59,974 bases of DNA from Octopus sinensis (GCF_006345805.1 NW_021832553.1:1-59974); one strand, 5' to 3'. Positions 37,240 through 50,099 are shown, numbered from the stretch's first letter. Numbers and translations are program-made. Notes: a model not told the origin generated them from the letters alone.

Positions 37240-37590
37240 AGTTGATTACATCTACCTTAGTGTCTGATGGTACTTATTTTATTGACCCCGAAAGGATGAA
37301 AGGCAAAGTGGTCTTTGGCGGAATTTGAACTCAGAACATGAAGACGGACTAAATACCTATTTCTTTATTGCTCACAAGGGGCTAAACATAGAAGGGACAA
37401 ACAAGTACAGAGAAACGGATTAAGTCAATTACATCGACTCCAGTGCGTCACTGGTACTTAATTTATCGACCCCGAAAGGATGAAAGGCAAAGTCGACCTC
37501 GGCTGAATTTGAACTCAGAACGCAGCGGCAGACAAAATACTGCTAAGCATTTCGCCCGGCGTGCTAACCATTCTGCCAGCTCGCCTCCTT
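37240..37590 (-). mobile_element. tRNA-derived SINE (family C)
   Basis: - strand head ggcgagctggcagaatggttagcacgccgggcgaaatgc...gagttcaaatt. Relatives at 7853-7990, 19250-19440, 33180-33360, 33655-33850, 54800-55010 and 57618-57905. Confidence 0.78.
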
Positions 37591-38399
37591 TATACCAGCT
37601 TGCCGCCTTCACTGCCAGGGTTTCAGATTTGGCCCAAAATGACACTAAGCGTATCTGAACACAAAACGTAAGAAATTCTTATTTAATCATTTATATTTAT
37701 TTACGTCGTACTTTTTAATAATAAATATTTTTATGCATCAGGAAGACTTTCTTGTGCGATTCAACGACTGGTCAGGTTGGATAACATTCTTGGCATATCT
37801 TATGAAATAGAAATTTAAGTTGAGTCAATGAACAAGAATAATAATTTGTTTACTCGTTTATCTTGCATTGAATTTACGCATTGCGTTTGCATATATGCAT
37901 ACATACGGGTATATAATTACATATGTATACCTTTGCACACATCATCTACACACAAATGTATATATGTATGTATTTTTATTTCGTGATTTCTTCCAATAGA
38001 AAAAGAATCAGTCTCTAACCTAGATCTATGGCTCCTTCATTGGAATTTCAACATCAACAACAATATATTTTTGCATGGATTTATGTATATGTGCAGGATT
38101 TGGAGTCAGTGTGTGTGCAGATTTATTTATTTGTTTAATATATGTATTCTCATGCATATAGAGACATACACTTATATACTTGAATGATAAACTTCTGGAA
38201 AGTTTCACAGAGTTTCACAGTTTCAGAGAGGGCTTGTCTCTCTGTAGTCTTCGAATCAGCTTTCTCCTTTGTGGTTTTGAGGAAACTAATTTCTCAAGAT
38301 TACTACTTAGGCTGTGTGTTACATATCACAGTGCCCCAATAATTACGAGTACAAATCTGAGCTTCTAATCTGGATAGAGTAACTGAAGATTTCTCAATA

Positions 38400-39290
38400 G
38401 ATACCATAGGTATTTTAGTATTCGATTACCTTTATGTTACCTTTATGTTAACATCTGCTAGATAGCTGATTTCCACAACAGTTTCTTTTCTCAATCCCAA
38501 ATCATAATGGCAGGTCTATTCCGTTTATATTTTACTGAAATCTTCACTGGGGCATTCCACCTGTACTCCTTTTCATTATGAGTTGCTATGGCTTCTACCA
38601 CACCGTGGGTTCTTATTTCTTTGCCTTCAGAGTTATCCTTTCAACGGATCTCAATATACCGTGTCTTAGCGACAACATCTTGTCACATGCTAGATAACAC
38701 CATAAAGATATTTTCAGACAACTGCTTTTCACGGACAACTGCATTGGTTATCACATTTTTTTGCTCTTCCTGCGTCACTATCCTTTTTTAGTATCAAGTA
38801 TTTGGTTGAGGTTTCCTGTCCCTACAAACTAGGAATTAGTAACCCAGTTGTTGGTCCATGATAGACTGCTTTGATGATCAACGCTACTTTTATCTCGGAG
38901 ATATCTACTGACATATCCATGCATCGTCTTCTGCCGATACACGCTCATTCTTTCATTTGATGTTATGTTGCAGTGGAGTCATGTGACTGTTTTAGGCATA
39001 TTTAAGATCAACAAACAAGAAATGTTGCTCAGGGAGCCGCTTTCCAAATCTCATGATGTTATCAGCCTCATGTATTGAAACTTGGTCAAAAGATGCACTT
39101 CAACGCTTATTGATTAAAAGATGTTGCCGAAAGGATATGATGCGACATTCAAAGACAGCCTGGATCGATGTTAAGTCTCTGCCCTCTTGTTTTCGTTTTA
39201 GGTAGAGGTGATCAACATCGCTGTTGATGTGGAAATTATGTGTGCTTGTTAGTACCTTCCGGGTTTTCTCATAAATGGCTGTTCTCATCG
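38400..39290 (-). mobile_element. Decayed R4/Dong-like LINE fragment (post-RT region)
   Basis: TRKVLTSTHNFHINSDVDHLYLKRKQEGRDL resembles the RLYL.R..GGRGL motif of RLE LINEs; heavily disrupted. Confidence 0.65.
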
Positions 39291-39899
39291 AGTGTCCGAT
39301 CAAGTGGCCCAAATCTTCAGATAAATTAACCGAGGAAGCAATTTTATTCACGTTTGCAGTGATTTTCGACTGAAACTCGAATTTACTGCTCAGTGAGTTA
39401 CTACAAACAACATTGCTGGACACAACAACAGCAGCAACACATTGAGGCGTAATGGCCCAGTGGTTAGGGCAGCGGACTCGCGGTCGGAGGATCGTGGTTT
39501 CGATTCCCAGACCGGGCGTTGTATGTGTTTATTGAGTAAAAACACCTAAAGCCCCATGAGGCTCCGGCAGGGAGTGGTGGCGACCCCTGGTGTACTCTTT
39601 CACCCCAACTTTCTCTCACTCTTTCCTCCTGTTTCCTGTCCCCGACTTCCTACACAACCGCTGAGCCTGGATGCGCATCCATCCATCCGTCGATGCTCTC
39701 AGTGTCGGGGGTTGACCTGCTTTCTCTTCTGCGGGTCTTACGAATAGCAAAGGACCACGTTTCGGACTTCTCCCACTACCGGATGAAGACCGCTTCACTC
39801 AACAAACAAACAACCGACGAACAGAATGAAAACAACAGCTCAACAGGCAAACAGATTCTTTCTAGTTGTAGTTAAAGAAGAAACCCTAACTACAAAGCA

Positions 39900-41325
39900 C
39901 ATTTTTCATGGAGTTATGAATTAAACACCGATTTATTCAATTGTTATAAAAGAGCGAAGCAAAACTCCGATGTTGAGAATATAAATAGATTGGGAAGATA
40001 TATACAGCATATTTAAACCCCATCCTCCTACACCATTGTGTAGAACCAGCAGTTGGGAAGAAGTGAGTCTGGGGATGTGCCGAGCAATTGTTGATAAACA
40101 AAACTGTAATGTCAGCGGTGCAGGAACATAGGAGGAACCTAGTTTCAATGTGGTTGGACTACAAGAAAGGGATCTTTTCCTTTTGAACGGCAGTTTGTAA
40201 CATAATTTCTAGTTAACTAAAATGTTTTAAACTTCGTATACTGGTAGAATGTGTTTATAAAACATCATTTTCTCTTGGCTTTATTGAGAAAATTTCATTG
40301 TTTCTAAGATATTTCGTCTGAAATTTCTTGCATTTCGGCAATGTTAACCAATCAATTACCTCCATTGACGTAAATAACATTCTGTGCATAATGAATATGT
40401 TCTTCCTTTAAGAAACAAATTGGGTTTATTTACATTTGTGAAGAAGAAAAGATACCCTTCCCCAACCCTTAACCTTAACCTTAACCCTAACTAACCCTAA
40501 CTCTAACCCTAAATCTAAAATAGATTGAAATGCAATAGATCGATACTAGGGCTATAATTATGGGTGACATTTTCATTTGACACCACAAGAAAAAATCCCA
40601 TTTTCCGTAGCGGTGTCATATGAAATTGACACCCATAATTATAACCTTAGTATCGATCTATTGCATTTCAATCTATTTTAGATTTAGGGTTAGAGTTAGG
40701 GTTAGTTAGGGTTAGTTATAGCTAGGGTTAGGGTTAGGGGTGGGGAAGGATACCTTTTTTTCTTCACAAATGTAAATAAACCCAATCTGTTTCTTAAAGG
40801 AGGGACATATTCATTATGCACAAAATGTTATTTACCGAAATGGAGGTAATTGATTGGTTAAAATTGCTGAAATGCAAGAAATTTTAGACGAAATATCTTA
40901 CAAACTATAGAATTTTCTCAATAAAGCCAAGAGAAAATGATGTTTTATAAACACATTCTACCAGTATACGAAGTTTAAAACATTTTAGTTACCTAGAAAT
41001 TATGTAACAAAGTGCCGTTCAAAAGGAAAGATTCCAAGAAAGCCTTTGATTCTGTCCTCAACTCATGTATGCTAGAAACCCTTCGATTTGCTAGCGTTCC
41101 AGTGCGCATAGTCAAAGCCATTGCTCACCTGACTTTATCATGGGCTATATATCATATTAAGACTAAATACGAGTGTTTGTATTAGCACTGATAAAATAAG
41201 GTATCACAGAGGTATAGTCCAAAGGGCAATGTCTCTGTGATGCTGTTTATACTTTGTGTAAATCCCTCGTCATTCATGTTATGGATGTCTGAAGGGTATC
41301 CGACTGGTTCACAAGGAAACAGAAA
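39900..41325 (+). mobile_element. Decayed RT fragment of an RLE-type LINE, split by the 40170-41034 MITE
   Basis: Removing the MITE and one TSD restores TGG TTG GAC TAC AAG AAA GCC TTT GAT TCT GTC = WLDYKKAFDSV. Confidence 0.8.
40170..41034. mobile_element. 865-bp fully palindromic MITE with perfect 8-bp TSD (CAAGAAAG) and internal TTAGGG-like repeats
   Basis: Two ~430-bp inverted arms with GGATCTTTTCC termini; (CCCTAA)-like run at ~40464-40515 and (TTAGGG)-like run at ~40684-40740. Confidence 0.9.
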
Positions 41326-42206
41326 TACGAAGATGACTCTTGAATCCAGCTTTACTGAGGCAGGGTCTTGCACAGACACTGCATGTCAGCATCAAAGGAA
41401 GACCCTTCCCTTCTGGAAGTGTAACAGTAATGCCCTTCCTGACATCACTCCTTACTTTCTCATGTGCAACTCGAGATTTCTCAAAAGTGGCTGTCCCCTC
41501 GTGCGCAATCCTTCTCCACCTGCTATGATCCACATACATACATACATACATTTGTGTGTAGATGATGTCTGTAAATGTATACATGTAATTATATACACGT
41601 ATGAATGCATGTAAATTCAATGCAAGATAAACGAGTAAATAAATTATTATTCTTGTTCATTGATCCATCTAAATTTCTATTTCATAAGATATGCCAAGAA
41701 TGTTATCCAACCTGACCAATCATTGAATCGCACAAGAAAGTCTTCCTGATGCATAAAAATATTTATTATTAAAAAGTATGACGTAAATAAATATAAATGA
41801 TTAAATAAGAATTTCTTACGTTTTGTGTTCAAAGTAGCAGAAGAAGTGGGGGAACATCATAGCTGTGTATTGAGAGGAATTCTTTGGGGTTTCAATTATT
41901 CATCTCTGAAAACATGGGTGTCTCGTTCAACATCCTTAAACACCCCTTATTCAGGGACCTTTTGAGCAAGATGGGCAACTAGACCTGAAGAAAATTCTAA
42001 TGGGCCCCACCTGCAAGATCATGTGTTGTTAATCTTGATATGAGATCACAATGTCTCACACATATGGTTGTGATGCATGTGCCGAGTGTACCCTTATCAG
42101 TCAGGTAGCCATGATGGGTATACTGGGCTTCATATATTTTATCCCAGTGCCACTTTGGTGATATACACTGCTCTCTCACTCAATAATAATAATAATAATA
42201 ATAATG

Positions 42207-42264
<58 letters not shown>

Positions 42265-42281
42265 TAATAATAATGATAATA

Positions 42282-42319
<38 letters not shown>

Positions 42320-42359
42320 ATTTATAAATGTGTAAAAATATAAGAAAAAGCAATATCAG

Positions 42360-43580
42360 ACTATAAGAAAGAACAATTCCCTGAAAGAGGAAAACTCCCT
42401 AGGACTGCTTATGGAGACCCCACACAACTGCGGGCGCATGACCACAGGGAAAAACTGCTCCCTCCACATTGTCCTCCTTCAACCAACGGGTACATGCTTA
42501 GATTTGGCCCATTTACTCGGACCATTCTTGCAAAATTCACCCATCTTTTATGGAAATTGTTAGGAGGCTGCTCTTCTCTCTCTAGCTTCACTTTTCTTTT
42601 CAAGTGAAACTTGAAAAAGCTGATGAGGACATGGCCAAAGAGGAACGTGTCTGTCTTTAGCCATTTTGACCTGGTCCACCACACAGCCTTTTCCGCTAAG
42701 GCAAGGCAAAGAAATACTGCTTGCTCTTCTCGGCCAAAGAAGATGGAAGGGCAATCTTTAGGATGCATTCAGCTGATAACCGGATCCGTCTTACACGTGA
42801 CGTGATGGCAGGTGTTCGATATAAATCCACAAGTCAGCAATTCTAGGTCTCTAAGAGTGTACAGAACAGTTTCATCTGCCTGCGCGCATCTCGAACAAAC
42901 CCGTCTGATGGCACTTCCATCCTGGTAGAGTATGGCCTGAATCAGCAATACTCCTGGGCCGAAAGTTCTCCGGAGCAGACCAGCCAGTTGATTCTCTTCA
43001 GTCCACAGAGTCTCACCGGAAACGTAGTTACACCTGCCCACCACTAATCTCCAATAGAAATCACCACCCTCATTGCCCGTCTAACAGAGGACTGTAAGCA
43101 CCTGACAATACTCAAAGTGACAGCCAGCCAGCCTGGGTCTACGCTTGATCCAGGACTGCAGCTGAGACAAGAGACGAGCTGTGGGAAATCGTGTCTGACA
43201 AATGGTGACCACACCTGCTCACCGTCTAGGAAGCTCTGGAGATGTCGCAGCCTCAGTGCATGTCTGCACATCAGCAGCCACTGCAAACCCGGCCCTCCAT
43301 TCAGTGAGTGTTGACAGCAAATAGAGCACCTGACATGTGGAACACGTTCCTTCCACAGAAAGCAGAAGCACGCGAGCTCCAGTTTGGTCCGAGATGGATT
43401 TGGGTAAGGCACGGGGGTCAGGTGATAATATATGACGGAGGCGATGTGTGCATTTGTCACTTTGCCAGACCCTTCAGGGATAGCTTTGTCTCAGCCCATT
43501 TCTGGGTGACATTGATCTCCATGCTCGTCACCTATTCTCAGTTCTTCTCCAGCTGAAGATCTGGACCAAACCAGACACTG
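42360..43580 (-). mobile_element. Decayed L1/Tx1-like LINE ORF2 3' fragment
   Basis: FLWK...CCQHSLNGG, CSRC..ADETV and AVWWTR...FFKFHLKRKV segments. Related pieces at 35985-36150, 46900-47330 (APE-like, -) and 55905-56145 (+). Confidence 0.72.
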
Positions 43581-43793
43581 TTTTTTTCTTTTTTCTTTTT
43601 TCCTTTTTTTCCCCATTTTCCTCTGTCTTCCCTTTTTCTGTCACATGACTTTGTAAATAAACAATCTGGTGTGTTTATTTTAATGACCTACCAATGAATA
43701 CAGTGAGTTTCTTTGCGCTAGGTGTTGGGAAGCCACTCAGCAAGAAATGGGAAACAAAATTGAAAGAAGAAAATGATGATGATGATGATGATA

Positions 43794-43831
<38 letters not shown>

Positions 43832-43849
43832 AATGATGATGAGAAATAG

Positions 43850-44265
43850 TAAGAGAAAAATTAACCATTTGCTCTCAATGGATAACTTGAAGCTTTTTTT
43901 AGTAAAATGAAAGAGATTTATTCTTTAATACAGACTGTAAGACTCTTCAGAAAAGATACAAGCAAGGAATTTGGCACCGATAATAGCGTAATATCAGTCA
44001 CGAGAAGGGACAGGTAGTCAACACGAAGGCATCCAATTACCAGATGACCAGACATTAAAATCACTGAAAGAAGGAGAGAGTTATAAGTATGTAGGAGTAT
44101 TAGAATCTGACAGAATACTAACTACAGAAATGAAAGTGAAAATTGAGAAGGAGTAGATCAGAGGAGTGAGGAAGCTAAGTCAAAGATAAATGGCCCCAAC
44201 CTCGTGAAGGCTGTAAATATTTGGGAAGTATCATTACTTTTATGACCGGCAGCTTTTGTAGATTG
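43850..44265 (+). mobile_element. Decayed RLE-LINE RT fragment
   Basis: INHLLSMDNLKLF (YMDD-like box), followed by YKYVGVLE. Confidence 0.65.
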
Positions 44266-44528
44266 GACGACAACAACAACAACAACAGCGATGAATCGAT
44301 TAATTCATACTTTATTTAGCTGCTAATTACCTTATGTCTTCATTATTTGTTAAGATTTAATTTCTGTTCTTGAGACTGTGGTTAGGTAAAAAAAAGAAAA
44401 AAAAGCTGTATGTGTGTAGCTCGATGTGATAATGTCTGAATAAGTCTGTGTGTGTGTGTTTGCGTATGTTTGTGTGTGTGTGTGTGTGTTTGCGTATGTT
44501 TTGCGTGTGTGTGTGTGTGTGTGTGTGT

Positions 44529-44559
<31 letters not shown>

Positions 44560-44626
44560 TGTGCTTGAAGAGAATGAAAACAAATGCAGTGAGAGAAAGC
44601 TCGAAGCTTTCTCTCGATTCCTCATC

Positions 44627-44794
44627 CTAAATTAAGATTTTGGTTTCTTTTTCTTTTTTCTTTTTTTTTTCTTTGCTTTCTTTCTTTCTGCAAAGTTCAC
44701 ACCATTCAACTTCACTTTCCTCTTCGCTCACACTTTCTTCTTCTTTGCTGTCGTGTATTCTTGCAAACACGCGTTTGGCTACTATGTCCGTCGC
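44627..44794 (-). CDS. Putative last exon of an uncharacterised small protein (ATDIVAKRVFARIHDSKEEES...KETKILI*)
   Basis: Strong acceptor ctctctttttatttctttcAG, 55 codons plus TAG, AATAAA on the - strand at 44316-44311. Confidence 0.6.
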   Translation of the reverse strand, partial: ATDIVAKRVFARIHDSKEEESVSEEESEVEWCELCRKKESKEKKKKKEKETKILI

Positions 44795-45799
44795 CTGAAA
44801 GAAATAAAAAGAGAGAATCAACATCTCTAAAGGGGAAACTTTGAATTATACTCCCTCCCCTATGAAGATAGAAAGCTACTATACAGGTTACGTGTATTAT
44901 ATAATCCCTTGGTACCGTATGAATTGACAGGCCCCTGTTGACAGGCCACTGACATTTAAGGTACTAACACATACAATATGCGAATTAGCAGCCACAGATT
45001 TCTGTAATTACTGTAACTAATGAGTATATAAATAGATTTCCTTGTGATTAGTCATAATGATGTAGACTCCTCTGATGAGACTACAGTAATCTTCTGAAAG
45101 CGATTAGTGTTTTCCATTAATCTACAGAAAGACAGCTAATCTAGCCCCGTTTATATATCAGCTGCGTAAATTACATATTCTTCTGTTTGTTTCAGTCATT
45201 TGACTGCGGCCATGCAGGAGCTCAACCTTCAGTCGAACAAATCGACTCCAGGACTTATTCTTTGTAAGCCTGGTACTTATTCTGTCGGTCTCTGTTGCCG
45301 AACCTCTAAGTTACGGGGACATAAACACATCAACTTCAGTTGTCAAACGATGGTGGAGGACAAACACACATATATATATATGCGACGGGATTCTTTCAGT
45401 TTCCGTCTACCAAATCCACTCACAAGACTTTGGTCAGCCCAAGGCTATAGTAGAATACACTTGCCCAAGGTGCCGCGCAGTTGGACTGAACCCGGGACCA
45501 CGAGGTTAGTAAGTAAGCTTCTTGCCACACACCCACTCCTGTGCCTATAATGTATGTACTTGTCTCAGGATGATCTCAGGATTATCCTGTTGATAATTTT
45601 AATAATTATTTTAAAGTCTAAACAAAGCAAGTTAAGACATTAAACATACAGGTTGAAGGTTAGTTCTATTATCTGGTATTTCAACATTTTAGGGTCAGAA
45701 CCTGTTCTTCTGGGAATCTACAGAGAAAAGTTGTTGATAAATGATGTCTCTGCTTTGTAGTGTGTGTATGAATGGCTGTTTTCTCTAAAATTGTTTTGT

Positions 45800-46680
45800 T
45801 TAAATCGGATATGTTTTAAATATGCGAGCTACACTTGTTAATTAAAACTGCTTCTTTTATCCTTAAGTTCCCATTCTTTCTTTCTGTAGATTCAGTGGCA
45901 ACTTTGACGTCTTGGGTGCAGCATTTGCACAATTTTTTTTTTTTGACAGAAGAAGCGTTAGCATAGAAATGTTCTTGGATCTTTTCGGCAGTTTTTTCTA
46001 GCTGTGTCATATGAAATTGTCACCCATAATTATGACCCTAGTATCAATCTATTGCATTTCAATCTGTTTTAGAGTTAGGGTTAGGGGTGGGGGGAAGGAT
46101 ATCTTTTTTTTCTTCAGAAATGTAAATAAACCCAATCTGTTTCTTAAACGAGGGAATATTCATACAGCATGGAATGTTTTCACCTCAATAGATGTCATTG
46201 ATTGGTTGAAATTGCAGAAATTGAAGAAAAAAAAACAACAAATATCTTACAAACTATAGAATTTTCTCAATAAAGCCAAGAAAAAAGATGTTTTATAAAC
46301 ACATTCTACCAGTATACGAAGTTTAAAAGTGTTTAGTTAACTAGAAATTATTTTAAAACGCTGCTGTTCAAACCGAAAAGATCCATGTTCTTTAATGCTT
46401 ATGAGAACCTTCATATTTCACGTTGAAGTATTGGTCGAGGGCCAATCTCTCTGCGAACACTTCGGTTTCGATGCCTTTTCTAAAAGCCTCATCTAACTTC
46501 CTCACTAGCTCTCCTTTTACTCTGTTTCTTTCAACTGCAAGTCCTTTGCAAGTCTGTTCTGATGGTCCTTTTCAGGGTGAACCACTATTTATAGTTGACA
46601 ATTGCCTCAGTCAACGGCTTAACTAATTCACTAATCCGGTCTCTGAAATCTTTGTGCACCGACGAAGGCGCGTTCAGCTT
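45800..46680 (-). mobile_element. Possible Penelope-like GIY-YIG remnant interrupted by a MITE
   Basis: SIKEH...KVATES...LRIKEAVLIN resembles the RxxEH / R..EA..I motifs of Penelope endonucleases; very decayed. Confidence 0.35.
45977..46384. mobile_element. GGATCTTTT-terminated MITE, perfect 8-bp TSD (ATGTTCTT)
   Basis: atgttctt|ggatcttttcgg ... ccgaaaagatcc|atgttctt. Confidence 0.88.
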
Positions 46681-47511
46681 CCGGTAACCGGATCCATGTC
46701 TATGAAGCCTAAGTGGCTCGATTGTGGTCTATGTAGTTGACTATTTTCAATTGTAGAAAACCTATACTATCCGTATCTGAAGGATACCCTATCGCAATAC
46801 GATCTGCATGATCCGATGTGGTTTAACCAGCTCTACACTGGCACATAAAGGAAATTCAGTCGATACCTGTCAGACAGTTGGAATCATTTGGGCAAGTTTG
46901 CGGAGCTTTCTCACCCTCCTCCCCTATCTGCTAAGCCTACAAAGTCCCACCATACGTCTAAAATCCATTCTAATCTTCCACTAATACTAAGGAGTGGAAC
47001 ATTCCCAGGAAAGTTCCAGATGCCTGAAGAAACCTGGTCCTCCTGCTCCAATCGGGGCATAGACAGCAACTATGCCCTTCGATGTCAGTCGCGATCAGTA
47101 CCACCGACTTACTTTCTGGATCCAGGAAGAACATCCGTATTGCAAGATCCAGATTTTTCCGAACCATCATGGCGACTCTACCTCCCGGACGACTTAGAGA
47201 TGCATACACCGAGAGCATCGATGGATGGATGAATGTGCATCCAGGCTCAGCAGTTGAGTAGGAACAACAGAATAAAACAACTACCCAAGTGTGAGTACGA
47301 TCCGTTTCGAGTGGGGCCAAGCAGTGTCCGTCCACTCAACATCATTGGAAGTAGACAGATACTCATGTTGTAAAGGGATCAGAATAATGGAGACTGAAAT
47401 AACCGTGATTTCCAATCGTACTTCTGCAGCAGACGGAAATATCTACACCTTATTCCGTATTGTAACTATCACAGATTATACAGCAAAACAACAACTGAAA
47501 TAAACACTTAC

Positions 47512-47612
47512 TCCTGCGGCTACCGTTGGACCATGGCGTGCTAATGCACCTGCAGCAGGCTTGAGAGCTTCAAAAGCAATGCGTGCAACTGGAAGCATAT
47601 TCAAAACTTCAC
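47512..47612 (-). CDS. Putative exon of the same small protein ((G)EVLN-MLPVARIAFEALKPAAGALARHGPTVAAG)
   Basis: Acceptor tttttgctcttctttcAG and donor GGA|GTAAGT. ATG at 47598 gives exactly 29 codons, phase 0, matching the 44794 exon. Confidence 0.62.
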
Positions 47613-47807
47613 CTGAAAGAAGAGCAAAAATAGCGTGAATAGTAATTTCTTAGAAGCAGAGTGTATGATATGTATATGAATTGACTATTATATAAATAAA
47701 TTGATTAATCCGTGTATGTATTCTCCATTTTCTTTTTTGTATTGTAATGAATTTTTTTCCTCCAATAAAGAAAAGGTGAAAACATCTATAACGGCAACTG
47801 GAATTCC

Positions 47808-48359
47808 GGATCTTTTCCTTTTGAACAGCACATGTCTCACCCTAACCCTTACCCTAACACTAACTCTAACACTAAATCTAAAATTGATTGAAATGCTAGG
47901 GCTATAATTATACCAGGGTTATAATTATGGGTGACAATTTCATACGACACCGCTACAGAAAATGGGATTTTTTTCTAGCGGTGTCAAATGAAATTGTCAC
48001 CTATAATTATAACACTAGTATCGATCTATTGCATTTCAATCTGTTTCAGGGTTAGGGTTAGGAGTGGGGAATGGGTATCTTTTTTCTTCGCAAATGTAAA
48101 TAAACCCAATCTGTTTCTTAAACGAGGGACATATTCACACAGCACGGAATGTTTTCACCCCAAATGGAGGTCAGCGATTGGTTAAAATTGCCGAAATGCT
48201 TGAAATTAAAGTGGAAATATCTTACAAACTATAGAATTTTCTCAATAAAGCCAAGAAAAAATGATGTTTTATAAACACATTCTACCAGTATACGAAGTTT
48301 AAAAGTATTTAGTTAACTAGAAATTGTGTTGACATCTGCCATTCAAAAGGAAAAGATCC
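47808..48359. mobile_element. GGATCTTTT-terminated MITE, 8-bp TSD
   Basis: ggaattcc|ggatcttttccttttgaa ... ttcaaaaggaaaagatcc|ggaatttc. Confidence 0.85.
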
Positions 48360-48969
48360 GGAATTTCAAAAGGGTAAGGTACGAATATCAAAGACGAACC
48401 AACGATAAACAATGGATCATATTCGCATCTACAATTTCCAGTATCATTAATCGATATAGAGCTAAACTGGTGTACACTTTGATAAAATATATCTCTGGGA
48501 AAGGACAACCTCTTTCCATTCAAACTTATATATATGTCTGTGTGTGTGTGTAGTGGAGGCGCAATGGCCCAGTGGTAAGGACAGTGGACTTGCGGTTTCC
48601 ATTCCCAGACCGGGCGTTAGAGTTTTCATTGAACAAAAACGCCTAAAGCTCCACGAGGCTCCAGCAGGGGATGGTGGCAACCCCTGCTGTACTCTTTCAT
48701 CACAACTTTCTCTCACTCTTTGTTTCTGTTGTACTTGTATTTCAAAGGGCCAGCCTTGTCACACTCTGTGTTACGCTGAATCTCGCAGAGAACTACGTTA
48801 AGCGTACACATGTCTGTGGAGTGCTCAGCCACTTGCCCGTTAATTTCCCGAGTAGGCTGTTCCGTTGATCGGATAGTCCTCGCAATTTCAGCTGATTAAT
48901 CTTGAGATTGTCCCTTTTTGTATCATCTAGTTGTCTGGATGTTTTGCGCTCTTGTTCCATTTTGTATTT

Positions 48970-49035
<66 letters not shown>

Positions 49036-49900
49036 CGAGCGACCACTAAATTTTGTACGACTTTTTCAACCTTTTCCCGCTTCATTCTTTCTTTCTCCCC
49101 CCCCTCTCTCTCACACATTTCTTTCCCTTTCTTACTCATTTTCGCTTTACTATGTCCCTGTCTCTCTTTTTCTCTCGCCACTCCTTGATTCTTCTGTCTA
49201 TCTGCTTCTACAACTCTCTCTCGCTCTTGCTCCTCTTCTCTCCCCCTCCTTAATTCTTTTGTTCCTTTTTTTCTTTCTCTTCTCTTCTCACGTGACCGAT
49301 AGGCCAGACTGCTAGTCCTTTTGCGTCTGACCGTGGTCACTGCCACATCGATATTCTTCCCTCTGCCGTAAAGCTTCATATCCACACATGCCAGCTGAAT
49401 TCAATTTGTTCCCAGTTGAAAGACACTTGTTGTTATGTCCTGTTATTATTATTATTATTATTATTATTTTTATTGTATTTTTGTATTTTTATTCGTGTAA
49501 AATCGTCTGTTTTTCCGTCCTTGTTTTCGTATACATTTGATGCTTTTTTCCAAGGAATCACTTAGCTTAGTTTTTCCTTGGGGCTAGGCAGATTGAAGCA
49601 ATCTCAAGATTAATCAGCCGAAATTGCGAGGATGATCTTTTTCTTGACTGAGGATAAAAGGCTTCAAATGACCTGTCCTTGTTTTTTTGTATCGCCTATC
49701 TGGATGTTTTGTTGTCCCTTTTTGTATCACCTAGTTGTCCGAATGTTTTTCATTCTTGTCCCATTTTATATTCTATTTGATATATATAATATATATTATA
49801 TATATATATATAGGGAAAGTTTACGAAAATAAACAAAAGTTGAAGGCAGGTGGAGTACAAACAAACAAATGTATTAGTATAGCGCTCAGGAATAGAAAAG

Positions 49901-49938
49901 TCTTTTACTTTTCGAGCCTACGCTCTTCGACAGAAAGA
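49901..49938 (-). ncRNA. Degenerate minimal hammerhead motif in a Penelope-like fragment
   Basis: - strand TCTTT-CTGTCGA-A-GAGC-GTAG-GCTC-GAAA-AG-TA-AAAGA. Stems I and II intact; core has CUGU instead of CUGA. Confidence 0.55.
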
Positions 49939-50014
49939 TACACAGAAAAAAAACAAGGTGAGAAAAAATGCGTGTAGTAGCTAACGATAGCAGCATACGT
50001 ACACTTTGTTCTCT

Positions 50015-50092
<78 letters not shown>

Positions 50093-50099
50093 TATTCGT

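Noticed and set aside
37595-37660. Exon-like segment on the - strand (tgttcAG ... CTG|GTATAA), duplicated at ~57910-57975
   Set aside because: Its 3' part is a duplicated SINE head (gaaggcggcaagctgg) and there is no coherent reading frame with neighbours.
40464-40740. Interstitial telomere or chromosome-fusion site (inverted CCCTAA/TTAGGG runs)
   Set aside because: The runs are short, degenerate and internal to a MITE with a perfect TSD, and they recur in its other copies.
45065-45145. CTGATGA...GAAA hammerhead candidate
   Set aside because: Stems I and II cannot be closed convincingly; at best a decayed relic.
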